Of a DNA stretch of 64,000 bases, positions 39,187 through 54,277 are shown in pieces; the first letter of the stretch is position 1; every line of letters starts with the position of its first letter. This DNA comes from the human T2T-CHM13v2.0 reference genome, Homo sapiens. Position numbers and translations under genes: made by a program. Under the pieces are notes generated by a model. The model searched no databases. It had not been told where the DNA came from and was given only the letters and a program-made list of their open reading frames with translations. The stretch is taken from assembly GCF_009914755.1 (NCBI RefSeq), contig NC_060926.1; one strand, given 5' to 3'.

Positions 39187-42100
39187 AAAGGGCCACTGAT
39201 AAACTGGAGATTCTGAGAATTGCATAGGATGAATTTGGTAGGTGAGTGCATCCAGGGAAACAGGGACCACCATTCAGGTTCCAAAAGAAGTGGTGGCGGA
39301 GCCTGACTCCCTTAAGTGCGGAAGGAAAGTTACAGGGGTCTGGGGACCAGCAGACTTTCTTCCTAGAGGTATGGTGCTCACAAGTCCTCAGCAGAGGCTG
39401 AACTGGTACCATACCAGTCTGTTGATCCAATGTCTCATATGAGGAGCAGGCTGGCCAGGCCACAAAGCCACAGACAGCCTGCCCAGCCTCATTTTGCTGA
39501 CATAGCCACAGACGGAAGGAGAGTCAGTAACTTATCCAGGTGAAGCGAATGGCAGGAAAAATGCTGATTACCTATAAATGATCAAGAAATGCATGCTAAA
39601 AAGATCCAGCCATTAGTCCTGTGTGTGCAAGACCCACTCTTACTAGGCCCAGGACTCAGCTGCTGCATTTGTGACCTGAGAAAGCAAGTCCCCTGCCTCT
39701 TACGTGGCTCAGCAAAACCATGGGACTCCACCATGAAATGGGAAAAGAAAGGAGTGAGGAGACTCGCTCATAGAACCACAGCACCTGGGAGAGTACAAGC
39801 CCAGAGCTCTATTTATGCAGTTTACCAAACCTGCTGCAAGGGAGCTGGTAATTGCTTTAAGTCTGGGCAAACTGGTTCTCCTGGCACAGAGCTAGAAGCC
39901 AGGCTTAATTAGATTGCAGGATTAGATTGGAGGAGAGGCTTTTGTTCAGAGTTGGCTCCAATTTTGTTTTTTTACTTCTTGTTAAATGAGAGCAGAAAAT
40001 TATATTGTCAGGGGCAGAAGCCTAGGGCAGGGGTGCAGTGTGGAAATTTTCATTCAAGGCAAATCCCTCTAGGTTCACCCTCCTCGCATTTCAGTGTTTT
40101 CGGGAAGCCAGCCTTGAGCTTGAGTTCCTGGTCATGCTTGACCTTAACGGGATCTGGGCAGTGTCCTAGGGGAGGACCAGCTGCTGAATGGAGACTTGGC
40201 TGTTCCTGTCTCACTCTGCAGGTCTTTTTCCCAAGGGACTGAGAAATAGATGCCTGAACTGGCTTGACAGTGCCAAATGCCAAGTTCTGAGGTGTCTGGG
40301 CCAGAGGTTGGGTCTGTGGCCTGGTGATCTCCAGGCCTGGGGAGGTTGCACTCTGGCAGTCCATGGTAGAAGGTGAGGTCAAGTCACTCACATGCTCACC
40401 TTGTTTGGAAGCATCAAGTCTGATTTCAGAGCTCAGGCTGAAAACAAGCATCTAGAACGGATCCCTGAACCGGCTTCTGACTCATCCTCTTCAAATTACG
40501 CTAAGATTTGTCAGGCCCCTCCTTCATCTTTAGGCCAAGTGTTAAAATGCCATGTGAGTCCAAGGAGGTGGGCTCGAGCTGCGTCTGCCTTTGCTTCCTG
40601 GAGGGCGGAGGACTAGCCCAGCAGATCCTGGTGGTGCAGAAATTGGAGAGCTTGGGGCCACTGAAAAAGGGTTCAGGCCCCAATGAAAGGACATTTTTGG
40701 CTCCTTGTCAAGGACAGACAGGCTGCAGATCTACACACGGGATTTGATCCAGCCCCCATCTAGATCCCTGTGCCCTGGCAATTAGTCTGGTTCCTGCTAC
40801 CTGTCATCAGTCCTACCACCTGCCTGGGTGTGTGTAGTGGGTGCAGGGTGCTAGGATTTCATGTGTACACTGGGTAGGCAGGTTTGTGGTGGGAGCAGCA
40901 GGATGGGCTCAGAGCTCAGCACTGAGGGAATGTGTGTGCTCTTCCCTGAGGAGGGGTCAAGGCTCCCTCTTGGAGAGACTTCCTGCTGCTTCTTACACAC
41001 AGTCTTTGTGACTTTAAGAAATAAAGCCCATCCTAGTCTAACTCATCCTCTTGGGCCTCTGCAGCTGTGGGCTCAGAGCTGGTGGGAGGAGGAAGGTGAG
41101 GAGATACACCCTCCCTTACCTGCTTCCCGAAATGAAGGTGTCAGGCCCACCCTGTCTTTCCCTTGTGTCTCTCTCCTTTCTCGGCTTCACCAGCCCTTTA
41201 TAGCAAAGCTAGCTGGGGACTTACGCTTGGAAAATCACTCTAGGCTGTCTGGTCAATTCCATGCACTGTGGGCTGTCCACCTCCTGTGTACCAGGCTCGC
41301 CTGTGTGAGTAGGTACTGGGGCATGGCATGGCCCCCAGCGAAATTCCTCATCCCTGGGAGCTTTCTGTGGCAATGCTTCCTCCAATGTCTGGGGTTGTTG
41401 GTAAACAGGATGGGGGCAGGGCTGCCACAATTAGAATCCTCCAGTATTTTCTTCTCAGGAATAAACATGGTGTTTAAAGGGCAACAGTCTCCCCATTTCT
41501 CATGGGTAATGGCTGCTTTTCTGGGCCTTTGGGGCCCTGGCAGGTGTTACTACTTTAGGTCTTGGGGAAGCTGTTGCTTCCTAGGGAAGCCTTCACTTGA
41601 CATCTCAGGACTGGGGTGGATAATCCAGCATCCTGTGTGCTCTCCAGCACCTTGATCTACATGTCCATCGTATTCCGAAAGCCACACACTGGACTCTGAG
41701 CTCCTGAAGGCAAGGCCTGTACCCAGCATGCTGGCTCTGCCTTGGAAGGACGGGCAGTGAACATTTCGTGAAAGAATGACTTGATCAGTCAAGTCTGTGT
41801 GGGCCTCAAAGGCAGAACTGAGAGGGAAGTTCAAGAGGCAGATTTTGGCTCTAAAGAAGGAAGAGCATTATCGCTATCAGGATATTCCGAAAGCTCACGA
41901 GTCAGAGGCCCTTAGCTACCTGTCGTTGATCATGTTCATACCACAGCTGGATGACCTGGACTCAGATGTTCTGGAGGGAATTCAAGTATCAGATGGGCAG
42001 GGTGCTCAAGGCAAGACCTGCTGAAGGGCCTTCCAGGTGCTGGGGAGAACAGGCCCTTCTACAGGGGGAGGAAGGGAGCCTGGAGCTAGCTACTGGGCAC

Positions 42101-42870
42101 TCCTTGCAGAGGCCCCTGTGAAGAGATAGGCCTGTGCTTTGTCCCCACCAAGACTTCAAAGCGGAACTCAAGTGTCATCTACCTTTCCTGACCTCCTCTA
42201 TCTCCCTCTTCTGCTCAAAACACACTGTTCTTTCCTTTGTTCCCATTCTAGTCCTCTTTAATGCAGTCATTAATTAATTACACATCTCCCATCTGAAACG
42301 GGAGCCCCTGGAGTACGGGGACTGTGTCTTATAATTATTTGCAACCCCAGCATCTAGACCTGGGCCTGGCACAAGTGCTAAATAAACATTTGTTGAACAG
42401 ATTAAATAGGGAACTTTCCTATAAGACAAATAGCTTAGGGCCCTGCTATGGAGGTGAAGCTAACGTATGTGAACAAAACTCCAAGAACAATTTAGTATTA
42501 AAGTGTCCAACTCTCTGGGGATACAGATTGATTCATGAAGGAGCTAACTCAGGTCTGCTGGCCTGCAAGCTGTCTCAGAAAGGTTTTGAGGGGACGCTGA
42601 AGCCAGATGCTTCTTCCCCTGCTGGCAGGTAAGCGCCAGGTGGCCCCGACCTTTGTTCACTGTGGTATCCCAAGCAGTTTGAATAGTACCTGGCATGAGA
42701 TGGGCACTCGATAAATATATGTGGAATGGAAATACTTTAGTTGCTGTAGTTTTGTTTCTTTCTTTTTTTTTCAAAGCAGATTCAAAATGGTGTGCATTAT
42801 TAACTTGTCCTCAAACATTAAAGCAAACTCCAGTGGGAAGGACTTACACAGACTCAGGAAACCCCACAGA

Positions 42871-43020
42871 CAGGGCTGGCATCATAGGCATGAGCTCAGG
42901 AGGGCCCCACACTTAGTGTAACTCAATGCTGTTGCCATCCTGAAATGCTTAATAATTCTTGAACAAGGAGCACCGCGTTTTCATTTTGTACGGGGTCGGC
43001 ACGTTATGCAGCTGGTTCTG
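42871..43020. mobile_element. MER91A-like hAT-Tip100 relic
   Basis: CAGGGCTGGC..agggcccc..gaaatgcttaataattcttgaacaagg..ttttcattttg..gctggttctg. Confidence 0.7.
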
Positions 43021-43539
43021 CCCACCCACACTGTGGGCAACAATAAAGGCTCTTGGCTCTGGTCACTCACCTGGCAAATTGAGTTGCTGTGCGGGGCTAT
43101 GGATGGCTCACCGGGGCTTCTGGGGCTCCTGGGCAGCCACTCAGGATTTGCGGTGCTGTTGCCCCTTCCTTACCTGGCCCTAATCTGGATCTGCTTCAGT
43201 TGCTGGGCTCTGGATCTGAAGTGAACTCAGGGAGTGGCCAGTGGCCACTGCCAGCTACCTGCCACTTCTTGTCTCTGTGTGCTGCTGTCTTTAGCATGGG
43301 AAGGTATATTTATGGCATCCTTTGTAAATAGTGGCCTCAAAAGAATGGTTCTCATGGGAACCCTCCACCTGCCTTTTCCAGGAACTTGGGGCATCTGTCT
43401 CCCTGGCTTGGTTGGTGGGCACCAAGTGCCCACTTCTCCTACCCCCCATAGTACCCTTTGCTGATGCCAGTTATTTTCCAACTCTTTAGTGCTAAACTCA
43501 AGAATTCTTCTACCTCAGAATGAGTTACAACTAGAGCAT

Positions 43540-43926
43540 TGTATTAGCCTGTTTTCATACTGCTATAAAGAACTGCCCAAGGCTGGGTAATTTATAAAGG
43601 AAAGAGGCTTGATTGACTCAATGTTTAGCATGGCTGGGGAGGCCTCGGGAAACTTACGATCATGGGAAAGGGAAAGCAAGGCACTGTCTTCACAAGGCAG
43701 CAGGAAAGAGAAGTGCCGAGGGAAGCGAGAAAGAGCCCCTTATAAAACCATCAGACATCAGATCTCCCGAGAACTCACTCACTATCACGAGAACAGCAGC
43801 TGGGGGAAACTGCCCCATGATTCAATTGCCTCCACCTGGTCTCTCCCTTGACAAGTGGGGATTATGGGGATTATTATCACAATTCAAGATGACACTTGGG
43901 TAGGGACACAAAGCCTAACCATATCA
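43540..43926 (-). mobile_element. THE1 (THE1D-like) solo LTR
   Basis: TGTATTAG...CCATATCA termini; TSD AGCAT. Confidence 0.92.
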
Positions 43927-44232
43927 AGCATCTTCTCAGGACCAAGGGTATTTTTCTCTCTCTTTGGTTCAAGAACTTTGTTCTTGGTGGGCTGGGGCCC
44001 TCCTTCAGTATCCAAGGCCCTGTTCATTTCTCTTAAGGAGGCCACTGAGTTTTCATGCCTGCAGGATCCTGGTGCCAGAGACTCACAGGGGTACATCTTT
44101 GCATTTCAGGGGTCTGTACTCACCCTGTGTCTGGCAGGATGGGCTGGTCATTGGTAGAGTCACCCTCAATTCTGGGTAAAGCCACTTCCCTCTGCCTCTG
44201 AAACACAACAGAGTGGCCAGGCTTTGGGAAGG

Positions 44233-44628
44233 TGTGTTAGTCCATTTCTATGTCACTATAAAGGAATACCTGAGGCTGGGTAATTTATAAAGAAAAGATA
44301 CTTAACTGGCTCATGATTCTGCAGGCTGTACAGGAAGCATGGTGCCAGTGTCTGCTACTTGTGAGGGCCCAAGGAAACTTCCAGTCATGGTGGTGTCACA
44401 TACTGAGAGCCTGAACAAGAGAGCGAGAAGGTGGAGGTCCCGACTCTTAAACAACCATATCCTAAGTGAACTGAGTGAGAACTCACTTATTACTAAGGGG
44501 ATGGTGTCAAACCATTCACGAGGGATCTGCCCCCATAATCCAATCACCTCCCACCAGGCTCCACCTCCAACGCTGGCAATCACATTTCAACATGAAATTT
44601 GGAGGGAACACACAGGCAAACTATATCA
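44233..44628 (-). mobile_element. MST (MSTB-like) solo LTR
   Basis: TGTGTTAGTCC...AAACTATATCA; near-TSD GAAGG/AAAGG. Confidence 0.88.
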
Positions 44629-46935
44629 AAAGGGGCCTTGAAAGCTATGCCCAGGCTGCTCAGCTCTCATAGTTTATTGCTGCTCTTAGATGGAGCCCAG
44701 AGTGGAGCTCAGGATGGAGTCAGTGGGGTCCAAAATCTTTTTGAAATTCTGCATCTGTGAGTTTCCGGGTGTAATTCAGGGTGTCCGATTAAGCAGTCAT
44801 GCATGTGCCCCTGGACCCTTCTGGCAGAGGTTAGCTCTCACTAATAGGACAAGCACTCATCAGATTTTTAAAGGTGGCCCAGAGTCATTCTTAACCTTTG
44901 CCACTGCTTTTTTAAAAACTAAAAACGTGTGTTCAGTTGAACAAATAGAAAACACAGATTGGAAAGGTAGATGTTTTACAATTTCAAAGTCAATGTCACT
45001 ATTAGAATTGATTTTTTTTCTGTAAGATATTATTGATTTTAATTTTCATTAACTGCCAGAAGGAAGCAGGACATCCAAGGTTATTTGGTCCAAATCTCTC
45101 ATTTTAAAGATGGAAAATGAGGCCCATCGAAGCTGGGTGGTTGTTTAAGGTCACACAGCTCATCAGGAGCAGGAGTGAGAATCCAGGTCATCCTCCTGGA
45201 CCCCTGCTATCTCTCTCCCATAAAGTTCTTAAGAGATTTTAGTAATTAAGTAAACATTCATTCAGATTAAAGATGTGAGGACTAACTGGAATGGGACATG
45301 GCACGTTTTCAGGACACTGGCAGGATAACCTTAGTAGGTTTTATGGGTTTTTGTTCTTTCATTTTTTGTTCATCCATCACCACCTCTTTATGGAGCAACT
45401 GCCTTATGCCACACCCTGTGCTTAAAACTAGGAATTCCAAGTTGAATCAGAGGTGGTTTGTGTTCTGAAAGGAGTGTGTGTGTATGTGTGTGTGTCCCAA
45501 ACAAGAAGTCCTCTCTATAGTGTCCTTTACTAGAGATGGCTTAGCCTTGGCTTCAACTCTTCCAGTTGGCAATCTGCATTGAGAGCTCTGGTCCACTGAC
45601 TTGGAAAGCCCAGAGGAGTCAGAGGTCCCAGTGTCCCCTTGGGGAGGGATGTCTTTCTCTGCTTTATTTCAAGCAGGGCTGAGGGCTGATTCCCTGGAGC
45701 TCAGCACACAGACACCACACAGAAACAGTCCCAGGAGCACAGAATGCCAGTGCTGGATTATGTGATCTTTATTTGTCAGATGAGAAGATTGAGATCCAGA
45801 GCAGTTTAACCAGTTGCTTAACTAACTGATCCAGATGATAAGTGGATTCTCTAAACCATCCAAACTTCTGATTTATTCAGGAACTGAAAAATGGGAAGGG
45901 GTTCCCCTTAGAAATGACTTCACCCAAAATGCCTCTGCACCTAAGATAAGACATCTTGGAAAGGCATCAAGGTGGCTGTGGTCTCATCATGTCTTCATAG
46001 AATCTCCTGAAGTCATGGCTATTATGGAGGGTTCCAAGTGACTGGAAGCCAAATCCAACTGTCCCAAATGCCAGTTCCGCCCTTTGCCAAAGGGCTTTGT
46101 TGCCCAGCGGAGGCTGAGCCAGGTGTTAGACCTCTGCTGTCCCCATTTCCAGCCCGAGGAGCCTCTGGGAGCCTGCAGGGTGGTAGGGAGGGTGAAGTGT
46201 ATGTTCAAAGCCTGTGGCTACTACAAGATTTTTAAATTTATGCACGGGATTATTGTTCTTCCTTCAAAGCCCAAGATAAAAGGATAAAAGCTACTCAGGA
46301 ATGCCCTGCAGGGACATGAGGCTTTGATGCTGCTGGGAAGGCCGGGACCCTCCACTCAATAAGTAATTCAGCCCATCCACAGACTCAGAACCAAGGCCTC
46401 TTGAGTGGGAGAGATCTCAAAGTTGACTGAGCCCAGCTTCCCATGAAGGGTACTTCCCAGAGCAGTTCTGCCAAGGTGCCACCCTGGCCCAAGTTCCACC
46501 CCTCCAGAAACAGGGCCTGTGTGCCCTCAGGAGAGCACCATCTCCAGCCTTGGATAAGGCTGCCTTCCTGTAGGGAGAGGCCGCCCCCCTGTTCCGTCTA
46601 CTGAGGGGCCCCAGCTCTGCCATCTGGAGCCTCACCCTGCTCTCCTCTGACTGTGGACGTTTAAGTCTAATATCTGCTGGGCTCCAGGCCAGCCACCCTT
46701 GGGTCAGCACTTGGCTGTCCCTGCTAGAAGTGACTGTGAAGGCTTCACCCTCCTCTGTCCAAGGCGGCTCCTGAAGGAGCAAGTTCCAGAGCTGGAACAC
46801 CAGGACCCCCAAACTCCAGCTGTAGACTGACCAATGCCAAGCCAAGTAGGGCTGCCATCTCCCTGGCCTTTTGGGATTTCCTATCTTCTGCCTTGGAAAC
46901 TCCACCATAGGCACGTCTTCTTAGCCCAGGCTTGA

Positions 46936-47667
<732 letters not shown>

Positions 47668-48256
47668 GGCAGTGTTTGCCTGGACTGTTCCTTAATGAGC
47701 TCACCCAAGCACATGGTCTTTCCCTTCCACACACTCACCCACATTTATATTCTGCAGAGTGATCCTGGCGAAAATGATTCTTTCATTGCCTGCCTAACCA
47801 GACGAGCAAAGCCCACAGGGGTTATTTGGACAAGAGTATAAAAGATCTCAAGAATGTGACCTGACCCAAAGAGCCCAAAGGGAATAATGGAAGCTTCTGC
47901 CAGGCCTTTGGGGATTAAGTGATGGGTATGGGGGCGGGTGGATGACTCTGTAATGGTCCTATTTCTGATGCACCAATAGGGACACAGTCTTAAAACAGGA
48001 AGAAGAACAAAGGGGAATGAACGTGCTCTGCAGTGGGCTGGGGAGCAGGGCAGGCTGATCACGCTTCAAAAAGCACTGTTTCCTCTTCCTTCACTATACA
48101 TCATGACTCTGGGAATTAAAGTTTGTGCTTTGAGCGACGTGTGTGTGTGCTTATGTGTGTATAAATTGTGTGCCTCCATGTGTGGATTTGTGTCCCTTTA
48201 TATGTGTGTGTGTTTGAGCGGATCATTATCTGTTTGATGACCTGAGAGAATGAGGA

Positions 48257-48491
48257 CTGTGGGTCTCAGAAGCCCATGTTCAGGTAGGCAGTTGCAGGAA
48301 GCAGAGATCTGCAAGCTGGGGCAGGAGTCCCAGCTCCACTGTCTTGTCAGATTTGACCATTAACCACCAGTTCTCAGGGTTGTATCTGGGCAAGAGGCTG
48401 AGGCTGGGGCAAGGCCGGTCACAGTGCAGCTGGGGGAGTACTCAGGGCAGAGTGTGACCCTGAAGTCCCAGAGGTGACCTCATGAGGACTG
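48257..48491 (+). repeat. Local 235-bp duplication, copy B
   Basis: Homologous to 47433-47667; bracketed by the direct repeat ATGAGGACTGT (48250-48260 and 48482-48492). Confidence 0.93.
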
Positions 48492-49268
48492 TATACTGGT
48501 AGGAGACCTAGAAAAAGAACGAAATGTCCTGTCCCTAAGCCCAAGCCCAACTTGACTAGTGTCCCTAAGCCGAAGTCCAATTTGACTTATTCTGCTGATC
48601 ACCCCTGCCTTCCCCCAAGGCCAACAATGGCATTGGACTAGAGCAAACAAAATGATTCAGACTTTGGGAAATAGACTGTTCTGGATTCTGGTGTCTTCCA
48701 GATTGCCTGACTGGGGAAGAAAATGGAAAGGGTGGAGCACACTAGGGTTAGACCATTTGCTCAGGGAGGTGGCTTGGAGTTTCACACTGAAGAGATGAGA
48801 ATGTGGAGCTGCTCTAAGGGAATGTCATACAATGAGGACGAGCTCTGTTCAGCCCTGGGGCTGCATGAAGAAGAAAAGCTGACCAGAAATCAGCCTCTCC
48901 CTCAGATGGGGTGAGGATGCTACCCCAACTTGGGACCCTCCTTAGTATCATCTATCCTGTCTTGCTCTCAGTCACTTTCAGCCCAAGGCTATAGTCCAGG
49001 TTGTAATCTTCGTGGCAACTTCATAAGGACCTTCATCCATAAGGACATGTATGGATGAAACCCTTTGGGCCCTGCTGGAGATCTGGATATCTGCAGCCTC
49101 AGATGGGCCGTGGATGGTCAGGGCCAGAGAAAGAGCAATTTCAGTCACTCTGAAGCCTGAAGAGTTGGTTTTCAGGGCTTCTTGATGAATTTATTTCCCA
49201 ATTTCTATCCCATCTCCTAGAACTGAAGCTGGCGCTGAGTAGATACTCCACAAATCTTTGTTGAATGG

Positions 49269-49659
49269 TTTATTAGACTGTTCTTGCACTACTATAAAGA
49301 AATACCTGAGACTGGGAAATTTATAAAGAAAAGAGGTTTAATTGGCTTATGTTTCTGCAGGCTGTACAGGAAGCATAGTGGCATCTGCTTCTGGGGAGGC
49401 CTCAGGAAGCTTCCAATCATGGCGGAAGGCGAAGGCCAAGCAGGCACATCACATGGTGAGAATGGGAGCAAGGTCGGGGAGAAGGCGCCACACACTTTTA
49501 AATGACCAGATCTCATGAGAACTAACCATCTGAAGACAACACAAAGTCATGAGAGGTCTGCCCCCATAAGCCAGACACTTTCCACCAGGCCCCACCTCCA
49601 GCATTAGGGATTACAGTTCAACATGAGATTTGGTGGGGAACAATATACAAACTATAGCC
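49269..49659 (-). mobile_element. MST (MSTA-like) solo LTR
   Basis: MaLR text; TSD AATGG. Confidence 0.88.
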
Positions 49660-50900
49660 AATGGATGGATCAAATAATATGTAAGAGTCAACTTCTCTGC
49701 CTTACTAAGCAGAGCCCGGACATCCCAGATGGTTTTTTGGTGATTTCTTAAAGAGCAGATTCCTAGATTTAACCATCATTAGGTAACATTAAAGAAGAGC
49801 ATTAGTTATATCACCAAGGAGACTTTAGTTATAATATATGACCTTTTCATTTTGTGTCAAATCTGTTTTATTTGCTGGTAAACAAAATCACTGTATAGGA
49901 AATACTTTTTTATTATTGTGCAGTTCTTTTTACATGTGAATCCATAAAGATCATTTTTGCAACAGTCTTCGGGAATATGAAGGGTAGTGCAGTTTTTTTA
50001 TTCCCATTTTACAGCTGAGCATGTTGAGGCTGAATGTATTCCTAAATCCATATAGCTGAGAAGGAACTGACTTGGGATTCCATACCTGGTGCCTTTCTAT
50101 AGCCCCACAGGTTACTTTCTACTGGAGAAGCTGAGCCTTCAAAGTGTGCAACTTTCCTTTTGTTCTATCAAGTGAGAGGTGGTACTCAATCTGGTTTTCC
50201 TGGAAATGCTCTTACAAGCCAGATGCAGGCCCTGAACAACTCTGCAATTACCAGGGAGAGGATATAATTAGGGGAAAAAGCTGGGTGGGCTTTATTCTGG
50301 AAATCTCACTGGTGATGAACTCTATTATTAGCAGACAAGATGATGTGTGGGAAAGAAAAGAAGTTGGTTCTGGTCCCTGCTCAGTCCCTGACCCAGAGTC
50401 AGGGTGCACTCTATTCCCAGGGGTGCTCTCTGGATTCTGCGCCTAAGGCCATCTCTCTGTGAGCTCAGTGCGAAAGCTGCCAAGTGAAACACAGGCATCA
50501 CGGTTCCAGTGATGACCACTCCCCACCCCCCAGGTCCCGATGGTGCCCCCAGTTTCCCCAAAACCAGGTCCTGGACAGTACTCCAACCCCACTGTGACCC
50601 TGTGCCGAGCTGGCCACCCCCGTGTCAATTGCTGGTGGTTATTTGCTGCTGGCGCTCAAAATGGGAAGCTTAGTTGCAGTCTTAGCATGGATGGCTATTT
50701 CACTTCTGATTTCCATCAAAATGCACTGACCTTTTCCATCTAGTTTCCCAACCTATAAAATTGGTGTTCGAGCAGCTGCTGTGTGGTGTTCTCATGGGGT
50801 TCGTGGGGGAAGAATAACACGAAATGAGCTGTTGCCCTCTGTGTCACATCGTCTTATGCATTCTTCAAAACTGCCCTACAAGGTAGAGCTCTTACCCCCA

Positions 50901-51266
<366 letters not shown>

Positions 51267-51659
51267 TAGTAACCTGTGAGGAAGGAAAAAAGCCCCTGAG
51301 ATTTGGAAGCTGGCCTTCCATTCACGGCTAGCCTGTGTTCTTGTCCTCCAGGACATAAACACCCTCACAGGGTGCTGACCTCAGACAAGGCTACGCTGAG
51401 ACTATGATAAAATGAGACAAAGCAAGACCGTGTCATAATTTTTTCTAAGCACCGACAAAAACAATGTCAGTGTACCACAGCGAAATACCAAACACCCCCT
51501 CTTGGCCAAAATGAGTGACTGTTACTTCTTTTCCTGCTACAGCTGTATCCTTGTTGCCATCTCCCTTCCTTATAGATGTGATTTATTGAGACACTGCGTC
51601 ACAGAATTGCCCCCAGTTTCTTACAGCTGCCAATTGAAAGTAAACTGCCACTTCCTTAC

Positions 51660-52014
51660 TGATATGGTTTGGCCGTGTCCCCACCCAAATCTCAACTTGA
51701 ATTGTACCTCTCAGAATTCCCATGGGTTGTGGGAGGGACCCAGGGGGAGGTAATTGAATTATGGGGGGCTGATCTTTCCTGTGCTATTCTTGTGGTAATG
51801 AATAAGTCTCATAAAATCTGATGGTTTTATCAGGGGTTTCCATTTTTGCTTCTTGCTCATTTTCTCTTGCCACCACCATGTAAGAAGTGCCTTTCACCTC
51901 CCACCATGATTCTGAGGCCTCCCCAGCCATGTGGAACTGCAAGTCCAATTGAACCTCTTTTTCTTCCCAGTCTCAGGTATGTCTTCATCAGCAGCGTGAA
52001 AATGGACTAATACA
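51660..52014 (+). mobile_element. THE1 (THE1B-like) solo LTR nested in an ERV1-class LTR relic (~51300-52170)
   Basis: TGATATGGTTTGGC...GGACTAATACA; TSD CTTAC; host has AATAAA at 52124. Confidence 0.9.
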
Positions 52015-53255
52015 CTTACCCTCCCCCCAAATCTCTCATACCAACCCCAATTCTATCATAGGTTTTGTCTAACTCCCTCTTACTAAGACACCCTGGTGTG
52101 TATTCTCTCTCACTGCAGTAATTAATAAACCTGGCTTATTCAACCACAAGTGTGTTCTTGGTGGTCTCTGCTGGAAGATGTTGGTTCTTGTCCAGGGTCC
52201 CACAGTTGAAGGATGAAGACTGGATTCAAACTCAGGAAGCAGGCTTTTCTGATTCCAGAATCCACATGGGACCTCCTGTCTAGGAGAGTGGAAAGAATGA
52301 GCAATCTCAGCACCACCAAATGCTCCAGCCCCCAAGGGAAGTTCCCAATCCATCCCCCAAAGGGAAGGTCAGAATTCCAGCATCCAGTCTCGGCCTTGGT
52401 TATGGTGTTACGTTTTGCACTTCCCGTGTGCTTGGAAGGGGTCCCAGCTAGGTAGCTTTCCACTTGTCAACTGAAAGAGGAGACAGAGAAATCTAAGCCC
52501 CCCTCATCTGTCATGTGGTCACAGCCCGTGGACAGGCCAGCAGCATGAAGATGCCCGCAGCCTGCACAGGGACTGTCCCACCCGCCCACGGCTCCACCCT
52601 CTCTGTGCCTGGCACATGGAGGATGCCATGTGTTCTGTCAGCAAGAGCAGCTGAAACCCCTTTCCCCAGTATTGTCCTTTTTCCTGATGACTTCTCTACA
52701 GCAGTATCCTTGATCCCAGCAGGACACTGGCCTGGGATTTAAGAAGATGAGTAGCTACTCTCTCAGACCCCCTGGGGCCCAACAGTCCATATACCTACTA
52801 GCTTTTGACCTAGACTTTGGCATAGCTCCCTTCTGGGAGTTCTGGCACAGGTACCAGGGGATCATCTTGCCTCTGTGGCTGTTGAGATAGCAACAATTAC
52901 TATGGTCACCCATTACCAGCACTATTTACAAAAGATTGGACTGTGCCAGAGCGTGTTTTATACTTCTTTGATTTTTTAAAAACCCTATGAGGTGGATATT
53001 ATTGCCATTTTACAAATGAAGAAACTGAGACTCAGAAAGTTTGGTATTAACCTAAACAGACACAGCAGGTAAGTGGCAGAGCCAAGATTTGAAGGCAGAG
53101 CTTTCTCCAAGTCACTCTACTTAGTCCTTCTCTCCAGGCCCAGGTGTCCTCCATGCACCTGGGAAGCTGCACAGGTCATTCAAGGTTGCAGTGGATGCTG
53201 GGCTGAGCTGAGACCCACACTCGGGATGGAAGGTCTTAATCTCCAGTTATGGAGA

Positions 53256-53279
53256 CTGCTGCTGCTGCTGCTGCTGCTG
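53256..53279 (+). repeat. (CTG)8 trinucleotide repeat
   Basis: Direct read; encodes Leu8 in the ORF starting at 53226. Confidence 0.95.
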
Positions 53280-53851
53280 GCCTCCCTGGGGACAGCTGCC
53301 TTACCCAAGGTTATGTCCCGCCTTAGGGGCAGCCTACCTGATCGAAGGGGAAGATGTAAAGGCCTGGTCCATGCTCCAGCTGGGGATAACTCTGAAGGGC
53401 CATCCCAGTTTCAGGGTTCCTCGTGGGCTCAGTGGAGGCCTGGTTGTGACTGCATCGCAGCCAGCCTCTCCATCTGCCTGATCCCACTGCCACCTTCTCC
53501 GTAGGCGTTCATCCCGAGGCTCTCTTTGGGAATCTTCCTGCACTCCGTTCTCTGCAGTCTGCTTCTGGGGAGCTCCACCTGCAACAAGAGTGTTTTTCAG
53601 AATTAGCTGGGGGCTTGCAGTTTTACCTACTGCAATGCCTGGCTTACAATGCCTAGAGGAAGGTGGTATCCCCAGCAGGCAGGACGGGCATTCCTGTGTC
53701 CTCAGCTTCAGTCATCATGGGCTGGAAGCAGACGAACTATTCAATGGGCTTTGGGCTCTGACCTGTTTAAAAGAATTTCTCTGCTGCAGATGTCCAGTTG
53801 AATACTTTTTAAGCCCAGAATTAGCCTTTTCTTAAAAAAAAAAAAATTTCA

Positions 53852-54277
<426 letters not shown>

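Noticed and set aside
40861-41655. 264-aa ORF in intergenic DNA
   Set aside because: Composition typical of non-coding GC-rich DNA; no motif or promoter evidence.
41797-42024. Protein-like 75-aa ORF
   Set aside because: Overlaps what looks like an L3/CR1 3' relic (aggcagattttggctc..gctggatgacc).
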